NCBI GenBank assembly: GCA_021613535.1
Contig: CP075496.1
Location: forward strand, 13,330,001-13,394,000
From: Adineta vaga
Lineage: Eukaryota > Animalia > Rotifera
Direction: 5' to 3'
Length of the DNA: 64,000 nt
Each line of letters begins with the position of its first letter. Position 1 is the stretch's first letter. This document shows, piece by piece, positions 40,125 to 54,189 of the stretch. Both the position numbers and the translations under genes were made by a program. Below the pieces are notes generated by a model. That model was not told where the DNA came from and searched no databases. It was given only the letters and a program-made list of their open reading frames with translations.

Positions 40125-41276
40125 ATGAGTTCAAGAACCAATGAACGTGTTGGAAACGATTCATTTGAATATGAAGGTTTAAATTCATCTACCTTGAATA
40201 ATATGAATCATAAAATGACACAAAAAAGTTGTACACATATTAATACAAATGATTTAATCCAACGTTTAATGACAGCTGTTGATAAAAGTCTTGACAATGC
40301 TCAAGAATATAAAACTACATTCAATAGAACTTCAATGCAACCTGCATTTTATCATGTACTTTGTGAAATTAAAAATAAAATCGGTATGATAAAAAATGAA
40401 ATTCAAATGTTATTTGTTTTTTATAATTCACATTTTTATTTAGCACTCAATACTCGGCATATTTCAGATACATATGATCATCCATCGGAACAATTGATTC
40501 GTGTTGATAATATGTTAATAGCTGAAGGAATATCTGATCAATCTTCAACAAATAATTTTGATCAAACGAATTCTCTTGAACATTCAGATTATCAAACGAA
40601 ATTATCGGAAATAAGACAAATACATCATTTTGAACTTGAGAAATATAGTAATCATTGTCATGATTTTTGTTCACATGTTCGAACACTTTTACGTGAACAA
40701 TCACATATTCGACCAATTAGTGAAGATGAAATTGAACGTATGGTAAAAATTGTACAAAAAAAGTTTTCCATAATTCAATTACAGTTGAAACAAAGTACAT
40801 GTGAAGCAGTGATGGTTCTTCGTTCGAGATTTCTTGATGCCAGGTTTGATACAAAATAAGAGAAGAATAAAGAAAAGATTTGATTTGATTTTTCTAGACG
40901 AAAACGACGAAATTTTAGTAAATTAGCAATTGAAGGACTTAATGAATATTTCTATTCACATTTATCAAATCCATATCCCTCGGAAGAAGCAAAAGAAGAA
41001 TTAGCACGTCAATGTGGAATATCCTTAGCTCAAGTAAATGTTCTTGGTCATAGATTTAATGAATAAGATATTTTTCTTTCTAGGTTAATAATTGGTTTGG
41101 CAATAAACGTATTCGATATAAAAAGAATATGAATAAAACTCAGGAAGAAGCAAATATTTATGCATCCAAACTTGCATCTCAAGCCGCTCAACATCATCGC
41201 AATAATCTGTCTGATGGTATAATTTCTCTTGATGCCTAATTGATTTTCAAATTTCTTTTTCTTTTTAGATTACTAA
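40125..41276 (+). CDS. PBX: PBX/extradenticle TALE homeodomain protein, copy 1
   Basis: PBC domain ([20 protein letters not shown]) and homeodomain RRKRRNFSK...[18 protein letters not shown]...[14 protein letters not shown]. Confidence 0.93.
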
Positions 41277-41421
41277 AGTTCTTTGTTGATTATGAACAAC
41301 ATATTTTCCTCTTAGCATGCATTTCTAATTGTTGTTATCGTTTTTTTTTCAATCTATTTTACAATTCGTTGTAATAAATATATGTATTTTCATTTGTTAT
41401 ATATATATGGAAATATTTTAG

Positions 41422-42430
41422 ATGAGTACAGAAGATCAATTAGCTTCATCTTATCATGTTTTGACACCAATGGAAAATGCCTTTTATACCAATATGAATA
41501 ATCAAGGACAACCACCTTTACTTGATCGTATTATGTCGATTGTCAATGATCGATTAGATGACGCTCAACAATATAAAGATGCATTCAATCGAAATCCAAT
41601 ACAGCCTGTTTTATTCGATATACTTCGAGAAATTAAACAAAAAAATGGTAAGAATTTACAGATCTATAAATAGGATAATTATAACTCATATATTTCCTCT
41701 TCTTCTAGGTCTTAATATGCGTCAAATATCTCATGAAGATGAATCTTATAAACAAGAACTAGCTCGTCTTGATACAATGCTTTTAGCTGAACGTATTATT
41801 GATCAATATCCAAATGATTTACCAACTAATAATTCAATTGAAATCGAACATCCTGAATATGAAGAAAAATTAAATCGTATTCGTCATTTTTATCATACAG
41901 AATTAGCACAATTTGACAAGAATTCGAATGATTTCTGTACACATGTTATAACATTAATCCATGAACAATCACGTGTACGACCCATAACACCCGAAGAAAT
42001 CTCTCATATGATTTCTATTGTACGAAAAAAATTATGTTTAATACAAATTCAATTGAAACAAAATACATGCGAAGCTGTTATGAATTTACGAACACGTTTT
42101 CTCGATGCAAGGTACTCGTATAAAGTTACTTGAATCAATTGGTTTTTTTATTTTAAATTTCAATCTTTATTTTAGACGTAAACGACGAAATTTTGATAAA
42201 ACAACACAAAAAATTTTGAATGAATATTTCTATTCACATTTATCAAATCCTTATCCATCGGAACAAGTTAAAGAAGAGTTAGCACGTAAATGTGGTGTTA
42301 CAATTTCTCAAGTAAAATATTCTTTATTTTCCTTTACGAAAGATTTTTCATTGAAAATTTCGTTTAGGTAAACAATTGGTTTGGAAATAAACGTGGACGT
42401 TATAAGAAGAATATGTTAAAAAATGAATAA
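41422..42430 (+). CDS. PBX: PBX/extradenticle TALE homeodomain protein, copy 2 (divergent)
   Basis: [20 protein letters not shown] and homeodomain with [13 protein letters not shown] and [17 protein letters not shown]. Its three introns are at the same positions as the first three of copy 1. Confidence 0.9.
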
Positions 42431-42605
42431 TGAAAAATATTATATGTAGTTTTGTATATAATTCATACTCAATCTATGTATTCTATTGTTGTTTTCCTTT
42501 TCTTTTCTTTTTTTTTGTATAATCATTTTATGTTTTCGAATCAAGTTGTGTAATCAAAATAAATCAATGAAAACATATTAAGAAAATATTAAGTTTTTGA
42601 TTCAT

Positions 42606-43141
42606 TCACAAATATAAATTAAATTTCAAACGATCAATACATCGAGGGATTTTTGGAACATGATTTGAATTATTTATTGTAGTTTGCAATGGAATAGAAT
42701 GTTTGTCATCAGTTTCGAATTGTTTATTATGTGAAGAACATAAGATTTCAATATCTCGTTGACATGCAATGATTGCTTCTTGATGTTCTTTAACTATTTC
42801 TTCGAGTTTCGTCGCTGTCTGAAACAATGATTGATGATTTTTATTGAAGAGATTAATCTCGTCTTCTTACCTGTGAACGAGAATAAGTACAAGTCGTATC
42901 GAAATGTTTATCTTGAAGAATTTTATCAATTCGTTTCTCGTAAAGAATCCACATCTTTTGAAAACGACGAGTTATAATCTTAAGCAATTTTTTACGATTA
43001 TTTTACCTCATCTGCTTTGTTTACTAAGTAATTGGAAATAAATTTCGAAAAAATAGCATTTTTTAATCGACAAGTTAGTTCTTTCAAATCTTGCGAAGAA
43101 TTTTCCTCGATTTTATCAGATTTTGTATTTGATGTTTGCAT
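42606..43141 (-). CDS. Uncharacterised about 140-aa protein, 3 exons
   Basis: MQTSNTK...KADE | MWILYEKRIDKIL...SRSQ | TATKLEEIVKEHQEAI...LYL*. Two phase-0 GT-AG introns of about 52 nt keep the frame open. Confidence 0.6.
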
Positions 43142-44107
43142 ATATATAGAATATTACATAAAAAAAAATATATATATAAGAAGAAATGAGTAACTAAGAT
43201 AAGAAAATGTTTGTTTCGCTTTCAAATGTCAATATGTATGACAAGATTGACATAACCTATTATTTAGAATTATTTTTGACAATCGCGTTCTGTCAGATTA
43301 TAACCTTGTTTAGTCAATAACTGAGAAAATTATTAGTATTACTAAAGGTAATCATTTCATGGTAATTGAGAATTCAAATGATCATCTTTACGGAATAAGA
43401 TTAAAGATAAGAAAGAGGTATTAATCCTTGCGTGTTGATTATTCTTTACCTCTTTTTCTGTCTTCTATTTGCATAAATGAATTTCGTATTCTGATAATAA
43501 AATATGTAAAGATTAGGTTTTTCTTTATTAAATAGATTTATCAAGTGTTTTGATTGATGAAGAAAAAGAGAAAATGATCTCTAGGAAATTTTGTTCATAT
43601 TACACAAAAAAGAAAGAAATCTTATCTGATCTTCTATAGAATGAAGTATATTATGATGAATATAAGAATTTCTTTGTTTCATTCAAACAAAATACTTTTC
43701 AAAAGAGAATAAGAGAAAAAGAAAACAAAACAGACCAACACAACAAACTAGCACAACAAGTAGAGAAAGAAAAAGAAGAAGAGGACAGAGAGAGAGAATG
43801 AGAAAGAAAAAAATGATATCGTTTGTACATTTTATAAACAAAATATGACAATGAGGAAAACGAACGGCGAAGAGCACCGAGTACAAAAGAGAAAGAAAAT
43901 TGTGTTGTGGTTTAATGACAGACGGAAGAGATGAACTAATCTACATGATTAGATAATAGGTAATCTTTTGAAAAAATTTCTACATTAATGAGACATGCTT
44001 TGGTTTCACTGTCGATATACATACGTATATATATCAGATTGAATGATACATTTTAGAATCGTCTAAAAATAAATTGAATATTTAAAAGATAATATGTTGT
44101 GAATTAT

Positions 44108-47100
44108 TTACCGAATCAGGTCATCGGGTTGATGATGAAATGAATATCGAAGTTGCTGTTGTTGTCTTTCAGCGTCTAAATTCATACGACGAAATTCATT
44201 TTCATTATGATCACGTATTGATCGTTCTCGAGCATTTAATCGAGAGAGATCTTCATGGCGCGGTGGCATCTAAGGGAAAAGAAAGAAAATCCATATAAAT
44301 ATTTGTTAAAATGTGATAAGCAAAAAAAATAAAGTTTACTTGAAGTTGATTAGCAGCAAGTGCTAATGACATTGGATCAAATCGAGAGCTATTAGCGAAC
44401 ATAAATGCCATTAATTCACGTTCACGTGATAGATTATGCATTGCTTCTAGACTTGACATTGACGGGGAAGAATGTGATGGTGGTGGTGGACCAGATGAAT
44501 GTAATAGTGGACTGGCATGGGAAAGACCTATAATTACCATATAGAAATATTGTATTTGAATGTATTGAGAAGAAAAAATTACTTGAAAGTGGGTTAGGAA
44601 ATGGCATCATCGGTGGTGGAGGTAAGCTAGGTCCACTTGAATTATTTGCTGCTGATGATGATGATGGTGATGACGATGATGGATCATTATTGTTATTTAA
44701 ATGAAGATGTGTATGCGAATGGGAATGAACATGTGAATGATTATGTGTACCATTAGTACCAGAATTTGCAGACGACGATGATGACGAATTTGCTGATGGT
44801 GATGGCGGAACAGCTGATACAGATGATGGAGGACCAAATGGTGAAATCATACTACGGTAACGTGGATCAAGTAGAAAAGCAGCGGTTGTCGGATCAAAAC
44901 TGCCTGGAGATGGACGGCCAACATTAGCATTAAAATGTGATTGAGCAGCAAATAATTGAGCAGCTGCTACGGGATTCATTAAACGTAAACCCAATGGATC
45001 AAACTGACGTAATGCACCACTATCATGTGGTGATGGACCAAAGGGTGACGAAAAATTTAAGGGTGGTGGTCCACTAGCACCATTTCCAGGTGGTTTAGAT
45101 GCACCAGAAAGAGCATGTAATGGCATCGGATGAAATAAGGAACTACTACGATTCATTAATAATGCATCATGATGAGCATTTAATGGTGAAAATAATGGTG
45201 GTGGAGCAGATGGATGAAGTAAAGGAGATCCTTTGTCCAATGAAAAAGGTAATTTCTACAGAGAAATTCATAAAAATAGTTATAAAAACAATTTTTTCTT
45301 CTTTGAACATATCTACGTACGGATAAATTACGTTCTTCTTGTTTCATTCCCATCATCATCATCGCTGCTGCATTAGCAGCTGATGATGGCACAGATGATA
45401 ATGAAGATAGAGATGAAGTGTTTTGTTGTGAATGCTGCTGCTGCTGCTGCTGTTGTTGTTGGTGGTGGTGTTGTTGTTGATGTTGTTGCTGTTGCTGTTG
45501 TTGTTCACTACTATTCGATGATGTTTGTGATTGTTGCTTTGAACGAGTACGTGAACCACGTTTAAGCATAATATCAGTACGTGCACAAGAATTTTGTGTT
45601 CTGGAACGATCATATACTTGTAGTAAAACAATTCCTTGAGATTTATTATAGCATTCTAATAAAGAAAATAAGAAAAAACGTGTTTTTCATTGCTCTTAAT
45701 AGAAATTTTGAGATTGATTTCATTACCTCTTTCGCATGTTACTGGTGCTGGTCCATCATCACAGATGATTTCATTAGTAGCATTCGTTGAACTATCTGAT
45801 GTATTACCATCATCAACTATATCAGTTGTTAATAGATCATTATCTTTTGATTCATGTATGGATGATGGTATTAGCAAAGGTGGCGGTGGTATAGAAAGAG
45901 ATGATGGAGTGACATCACCACTGAGAATTGTTGGATGCATAGGTGTTGATTTTGGTGTATGATTGAGACTATTTGAATGCGATCGATGTGATGATGGAGA
46001 ATCTGATTCTTCTATTTAGACGAAGAAAAAAGAAAATAAATGAACTTGTTTTTGTTTTTACAAAGATTTACCTTTAGATATGCGTCGTTGATCAGGACTA
46101 TGAATAGATGTTTTTGAAGTACGAGAAAATGCTGAACGAGGTGAGGATAATAGTGATGGTTGTAAAAGATTTGAATGAAATGCTGAAGATGATTCATTTG
46201 CATTTGTTTGTTCTGTTTTGATTATGGTTGATGATGGAGATACAATTAGATTTGGATTTGTTTGTTTAGTATGATCAATAAGAATTTTATTTGTAATCTT
46301 AGCAGCACCATTGGAAAGAATTGATGAAGTAGGTGAGTTAATTTCTTGTTTACATGTCGTTGAATTAATTATTAATGATGGTAATGGTTGAGAAAGTGTA
46401 GGTGATGATAAATCATCTGTTTTGATTAAGAAACCTGATGTTGTTATCGGAGGAATGGAATCGGAAGATTCTAAAAGAAAAACGAAAAACAACATGATTT
46501 ATAGTCATTGATTAGAATTCCATATGATAGAATCTACCTGTTAATGGTTTTTCATTTTCTTGTTCTTCTGTTTTGATTCCACTGTTGATTATTGATTCGT
46601 TTCTACCGTTATCTTCTTCATCTTCATCTTCTTGTTTTATTGATGATGTTTGTTCATTAGCACGAGTTTTCTTTTTCGAACGTGTTGATAATGTTTTAAC
46701 ATTTTCTTCTGATTTTTCAACAGTTGCTGTTGAAGATGGAGGTAAGGATGATGTGGAGGACGATGTTGGTGTTGGAGATGATGATTGTTTTAATTTATTT
46801 CGTTTTCGTTTACTACTAGTACTATTACTTGGACTTGTTTCATTCAATGGTTTAAATAGATAAGGTGGTGGTTCTTGATTAATAATTGGCATTTCACCAT
46901 ATTTTTTATAATACATACGACAATCATAACATAATTGTTGACTATCACGTCCACCAGCTTGTAAATCTTTTGCTGTAGTTTGACAATGACGACAAAATTG
47001 TTCATCAGTGTCTGTTGCTCCATTATCATCATTATCAGAATTATGTTCAGATTCATCTTTATTATTTGCTTTTGCATTTCGTTGTTTAGCTGGCGTAGGT

Positions 47101-50100
47101 GTAGTTGATAAATTAACAGAAGTTGAACATGGACGTTGTCGACGACGTGGACGACTTGATTGTGCTTGAGGAGTTTTCTTCCATAGATAATAGAATTCAA
47201 CAAGTTCAGATGTTTCTTTATGCGGTAAATGTTCTTTACGTATACGATAGAAATTCTTTCCATATTGTCTTAAACCTTTAATAAATTTCTTTTGATCTTC
47301 ATCTGACCATTTCCTATCGATACCTTTTGGTATTGGACATTTAACTAATGCTTGTATCGCACGTTTACAATCATAATCATGATTATGTAAAGTGGTTAAT
47401 GCATTAATTGTTGTATCATCACGTTGGGCGACATCATACATATCTTCTGGTAAACCTCGATCACACATGCCAGCAAATGCTGCAATTGATCGAGCAGCTT
47501 GTAAATACATAGATAAATCAATATCAGATGTTTTATTTTTCCATAATAATTCTTCACGTAATAAACTCGGCAAATCATCATTAAGATCGTTTGTCAATGT
47601 TGATGATGAATAAGATTTTAGAAGTGGTAATTTGGCTTGATGTGATGGACCAACACGTATTTCACCTTGCGTGTTCGCCAGTCTGCGTGCTTCCGGATTG
47701 TATGTTAAAATATAAAAGAATGTATCCGGATCGGGTTTGAACGCACGAGCTTCTTCAATATCTTGATAATGTGCGACACGGCACCGGCCTCTGAATTAAA
47801 TACGAAAATGTTTAGATAGACAAAACAAATCTTTATACATAGACATACATATATATATATAAATGAGTATGTATGTATGTAATAAGTACACATTCTTTGT
47901 TCTCTTTTCCTTGTCAAGAGATTACAGTTGTCGTTCGTCATTTTTTCTTCTTCTCTTTCACTCGATTCTTTCTTTTTATTCTATTCTGTATTCAAGTCAA
48001 TAAGGTTTTAAATGTTCTTCTTACTTAATGTGTACGGCCGGGTAGAATTCTTTGATTTCCGATACGAATAATTCTCGACCAATAATATATGGATCTTGTA
48101 TTATACCAGAGTCTTTCGTTTGTTTATCTTTAATTGATGTTGTTGTTTGATTGTTACCCTCTTTAAGAAAGAAAATAAGATATATAAATAAATAAATAAA
48201 TAAATCTTTGTCTATTGAGATTTATACCGTTTTTTTCTTTTCTATAGAAAAAACAACAAAAAGCATCAAGTAATTTAGTTTTCTTTTAGATGAATGAACG
48301 GAAATCATGTCGACAACGACAATGACTACTCTTCTTGCTTATTCGCGCTCTCTTCTTATTTCTCTCACACATATATATACATTCATACAGAATCAAAAAG
48401 GCAGTGTGAGGGTGTACGATGAAGCAAACGAGTCAATAGAAAAAGAAAACTGAAAAAAAGGAAAGAAAAAGAAAAGAAGACGCGAGAGCTCGCCTCAGTC
48501 CTTGAAACTAATCAATCATTCTTCTGTTAGTCGAAGCACAGCACGACAGCTTATCAGGTGTGGATTATTGACATTTAAAAGATTTTCTGATCGATTAAAT
48601 AAAAATATAAAGAAAAAAGAAAACGATGAATCTATATCAACGAATAAAATGAACATCTACTAAGAGAAAAAGTCGAAGAAAAACATGTAAGATCGCGTGT
48701 CGACACGCCCATTTGACCGATCTATTGAGAAGGGTGTTCAACTTCTATTCTCTTAACTCGACTCACAATTCGTCGATGAATTAAAAGCGGCGTACAACAC
48801 ACACATTTATACATATATGTACATATTCAAACACAGCAATGTATATTAGTGCGACGCGCGAGTTGTCGTTGTCGTTCTACTCCGTGTGTGTCATTAACCA
48901 GAAATTATAACATGCATACACACACACACATACATATATGAAGAGAAACGATCAACTTGCCAAGTGCGATAAGACATATATATATATATATATATTCATA
49001 GCAAAGTAAAAAAAAGGAGAAGGAGAACTATAATGCTGATAGATATAATCACATAATAAATAATATACATATCAGAAAGAAAACAAATGAAATTGATAAT
49101 TTGTTACTTATTTAAAATAATAATTTTTTCATTTATTCTTTATAAATTACCTTCGTTTCGACATGAAATATATGATGCAAAATGTGCATGTTAAGTGTGA
49201 AAAGAAAGGGTATAGAACAACTCGAACCATAATGGACATATACAAATGATAGAGAAAAAGAGAATGAGCAGCGCATAGAGAGAGAGAAACAGTTAGTGTG
49301 TGAGAGCTCGTTGTTGCTAGTGTCACCTTAATAAGGAACAAACTGACGTCGTGTCACGGTCCTTCTTTTTCTCTTCTCTATATATGTATGTGTGCATTCG
49401 TTCTCTCTCGTTTTTTTACTATACAACAGTGTCTTAGGAGCGTGCAAGGCTGATGCTTTTTGAAGAGGAAGAAAAAGAAAACAACAAACGATGCATACAG
49501 CAACAATTCATTGCTCGTCATTGAATTGCTTTAGATAAAGATATATTAGAAAGATTTTATTATTTATTACTATGGCATGAGCCACGGCGAATACTCTGAT
49601 ACATACAACAATTCTTTATCTTATGTTATTTAATGATAAAACAGGGTGTGAATATATATGTTTGACTCAAATGTTTTGCTTCCGATAGATAAAGCGAATA
49701 AAAGGTTGTTAAAGAAAAGAAAAGAAAAGAGAAAATAACTAAGAAAGATACCTCGATCAAGAATGATGCGAACATATAAATATATACAGAACGAGAAAAA
49801 AAAGAGTCAGTTGATCCGATTAATCAATCACTTATGGTATCGGATGTGTTTCTGTTTGTTCGGCTCGATGAACCCATACATATGCATACACAAACCATAT
49901 AATGACACGAAATATGAATACTTGAATAAGACTCTTTTTCTATTTATGTTTCTTTTTCTTTTTTTTTCTTCTTTCATTCTATATATTTCTAATTGATGTG
50001 GTAGTGATGGTTCGTTTGTTATAATCGCTGTTGTTATTCTTAAATAATCAACAGCAAAAAAAAACGAAGAAAAAGAAGAAGAAGAAGAAGAAAGAATACA

Positions 50101-52862
50101 GAATGAGTACGAAGGGGAGTTATAGATATTTCTTTTCTTTTGCTGAGACCATAGAAAGTGAAAAATGATAATTACACAGACATGGCATCATATGCATGTA
50201 ACGATAAATCAAACAAGACGATGACGATAAATAGAAAACACATACTTATAATGAGTACAAAATGAAGCAAGAGCAAAAGGCATCATATAGATATATAGAT
50301 ATATAAATACAACAAAAAAGTTGATATTTTGCTCTTGCTTGCATACGCATTACTACTTAAAAGGATTTCTATTATTGTTGTTGTTTGAGTGAAGAAAGAA
50401 GACGAGAGAAGAGAAGAACGACTTGCCGCCATCACTACTTCGTCGATCGATGATTACACTAGACTGATTATTATCTGTGTTTCGTTGAGTTCTCCGTTGT
50501 TCGTCGCTCATTTTCACGCGCTATCTCCTTTCTATCCTCTTGTCTTCTTCTTCTTCTTCTTCTTCTTTTCTTTGGACTCTCATCATTCTTCATCGATGAA
50601 TTATATACATTCTAACAATAATTTGACAGTGGTTATATGCTTGGTCTCAATGCGAACGCGAACACATATATACATATATATATATCGTGAAAGACGAGAG
50701 TATGTTATAGTTGAAGGCAAAGACGACGAATGAAGAGTGGGTACATAGAAAGAAGAAAGAAATTCTTTACACTACTATCACCATTGAGTACTAGATGTCA
50801 GTATGTCGAGTAAAAGAGCGAGAGAAAGAGAGGAAATCTCTCCACACATGCCGATCAATACCACTTGTCAATAGTACTAGTAGCACTCTTATCTCTCAAT
50901 ATGCCATTGAAGAGAATTGAATTTTAATGATAGATGACTATGTGCTATGTCTACGACTAATTACATCGATTTATATGAAATAATAATGATCATCATCATC
51001 ATAATAATAATAATAATAATAATAGCAATAACAATAATGATGATGACACTATTTTTCTTTACTCACCTATAATAGTGTATACGTTTAAGTATGTATGTAT
51101 GTATGTATAGACGATAGAATAAGGTAAAGCATAACAAAATCAATCACATATGTAAAAAAAAAAGAAAAACGACACCATACATAACATCAGTGTCGACGAC
51201 TACGATGTGATATTGTTCTTCTCTATTTGTTCCTCCGGCAGTTAAAGAGAGTAAGCAGAAACTCCTGTTGAGAGACAAAGACAACGCGAAAGAGAAGAAC
51301 AGCGACAATAATGACAAACTACTTCATGCAAACATACGTGTGGCGAACACATACTGGCGAGAAGAGCAATAAACAATCAACGTATATATGCGCATAGACT
51401 GTTATATAGATATATAAATACATGACGATTAAAATTTTTTAATCGAAGAGAAAACAAAATATGACTATTATTGTTACTATTGCTTTTGTTTAGTTATTCA
51501 TAGTCAAACTCGAAACTAAATGAATTGGATTGACATATATTTTCTCAAAGATAATCTGTCAATTTTGTAAAAGGAAGAACAAGAAGAAGATGAAAGAAAA
51601 GAAAATCTCTCGACAGAAATAACACAACAAATAGTGCAACGAGAAAAAATGTCGATAAAGTATAAGAACGTTAGAGAATAACTTACTTGACTAACTATGA
51701 CAGTTACTCTTGTAAACTAGTAATCGTTGTAGTAACACGTCATGCAACAAATACGCATTGTTCTTCTGACGAAGATATGAAGAATGTGTTTATAAATATA
51801 TTATTATATGCATCAATTTCTTCTTCTCTCGACTTCTTATGATACGTACAAGAATGATGATGATGAATAGAGTAGTAGCATTCTTTTCTCGAGGGATCAG
51901 ATGAACCAATTTATATAGAGAAAAGAATGTTTGTTAAAACTCACAATGAATACATATTAAATTTAGACACGTATTCATTTTCAAAAATCATTTATTTACA
52001 TTTCAAATAATTTACTTTGACTTAACAGAATAGAATATTTGATGATAATAATAATATTATTATTATCAATTATATGTACTTATTTCTTAGTTTTAACTAG
52101 AGTATATACTTTTACTAGCCTAAGAGAATAGAACGATAGAATAAGAAAAAAAAATGACATTTTCCTATATAAATTATTATTATCCAATGATTTATATAGA
52201 CATTGGCTGACGCTTCCATCACGACTCGCGTCAATACAGATCGGAGATGAATAGAAAGAAATGAGAAGAGAAGGACAACATAGAAGTCTATTGAACGAAT
52301 AAAGAATTTAAAGGTAATACTTACGATTTTCATGATAACGATCTTCAATAAGAAGATGATAAAGATTCGGTGGAATTTCAGCCGGTCGATAGTACCAACG
52401 AACTTCTAACATCACATGATCTTTTCTTGTCTGCAAAAAGAAAATCAATAGAAAAAGGAGAATTCCTTTGAGACATCATTCTTTTGTAACTTACTAAACG
52501 GAAATCTAAAATACAAGCGATTGAATAGGGTTCAGCTTGTTTATTTGTTTCCAAATAAACATGATCTAAATTTCCAGAAGAAAATTAAATTTTATACAAC
52601 AGTCTAATTCATTTTTCTTCACCTCCAACTCGATAACAGATTCCATTTTTATCAGTATGTGATTCAATTTTTTCATCTTTAAATGTATGTCGATTTGATT
52701 TATTTGTCGATGTTGTTACACGAGTTGTTAATGGTTTATTCGTATTACTATTATTCTGTGCACGAAGACGTTCTTCCAAACCTTGAAATAAAAAGAAAAT
52801 CATAGTTTATTCAACCTGTAAATTTGTTATGTATGATTACTTTGCTCGTCTTCAGCGTCCAT
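44108..52862 (-). CDS. RERE: RERE/atrophin (egl-27-like) transcriptional co-repressor
   Basis: BAH (ICYRVG-DHVYLE, RWYYRPAEIP), GEIRVGPSHQAKLP (ELM2), MYLQAARSIAAFAGMC, SANT (KWSDEDQKKFIKGLRQYGKNF...FYYLWKKT), GATA-like CRHC...CYDC, atrophin motifs NSCARTD and HSHVHSHSHTHLHL, and polyQ. One intron of about 4.1 kb. Confidence 0.93.
45431..45505. repeat. CAG/CAA/CAC trinucleotide tract encoding polyQ/H in RERE
   Basis: gctgctgctgctgctgttgttgttggtggtggtgttgttgttg... on the + strand. Confidence 0.85.
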
Positions 52863-53019
52863 ATCTATAAATGCATACGGATAAAAAAAATAATCTAGAA
52901 GAAGAAAAAAATATTCGTTTTTTTTGTTGCTATACACAATTAAACACTGTTAGGACAAAGACAATCAAAAAACAGCAGAAATTCTCAAGAGTCTTTTGCT
53001 TATAATTTATTCTTAGAGT

Positions 53020-54071
53020 TTAAAGAAAATACGGTGTCGTCGTTTTCGAAGGAATAATTCGTTGATTGTCAGGGACAGCATTGAATATTTTGGTTTCATG
53101 ATTAGTAGCTGTATGAAAAGCAAGTATGGCCGCAATATTTCCACAACGATAACAATAATTGGGTGCTGACCAGACGGTGACAAGATGGTCTTCAAACATA
53201 AATTTAATGCCTGAAACGACGAAGACAAGACCTATATTTAGAAATGATTGATCAGATCAATTCATTACCTTCTTGAACAAGTTGATGCGCACGACAAATC
53301 AAACTTAATTGATTATTATGCATAAATTGACTTGTTGGTTTTTCTCCGAATAACCATCCTGCACCACGTGGTGATACAGCCCACCAATCGATATCATCGG
53401 GATCGGACCACATTAAATCACAAAAACCACCACGATGTGGAATTTCTTGATCACGTTCAATTGTACGCATTTGATCAATTGTACCTATATCTGGTGAAAG
53501 TCCACCTAAGATAAAATAAAAATCAATGAATCAAATAAATCCTCTCTCTATTCAAATGTTTACCATGAATACATAAAACTTCATTGTCAATCAATGCACC
53601 AATTGGCATAAGATCAAATAAACGACAACAAAATCTCCATAAATTGGCATTGCCATATTTTTTCATACATTCATCATAAAATCCGTAAACTTGTGTAACT
53701 TGCCGTGATTCATGATTTCCACGTAATAACGTTATACGATCGGGCCATTTAGCTTTAAAAACAAGTAGTTGTGTTAATGTTTCTAAACTATAATAGCCTC
53801 GATCAACAAAATCTCCCATAAATATATATTGTGTATCAGGTGGATAGCCACCTGTTCGAAATAATTCTTGAACATCATAATATTGTCCATGTAAATCGCC
53901 ACAAATAGTTACCGGTGAAAATATTGGTTGAACATTTGATTCTTCAAGGAAAATATCTGATATTATTGTACATAATTGTTTAAAATCTGTTTCAGGTAAA
54001 TATTTGCAATCTTTAATCCATTCGAGCCATCGATCAACATCTCCATTAGCATTGGAATGATTTTCATTCAT
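53020..54071 (-). CDS. PPP6C: Serine/threonine protein phosphatase 6 catalytic subunit
   Basis: [36 protein letters not shown] and C-terminal [22 protein letters not shown] and the PYFL ending are PP6-type. Confidence 0.9.
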
Positions 54072-54189
54072 GATCTGAAATAATAAACAACACAAATTTA
54101 TTTATTTGAATTTTGTTTTCTGGGTTTTCTTTTCTCTCGCGCAGTTTAGTTTATTCAAGTGAATAGAAAATGTCTAGTTGTTTTTCAAT

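Noticed and set aside
41216-41422. Double-homeodomain PBX fusion protein by splicing copy 1 into copy 2
   Set aside because: The phase-1 donor joined to ag|ATG is out of frame with copy 2 and terminates soon after.
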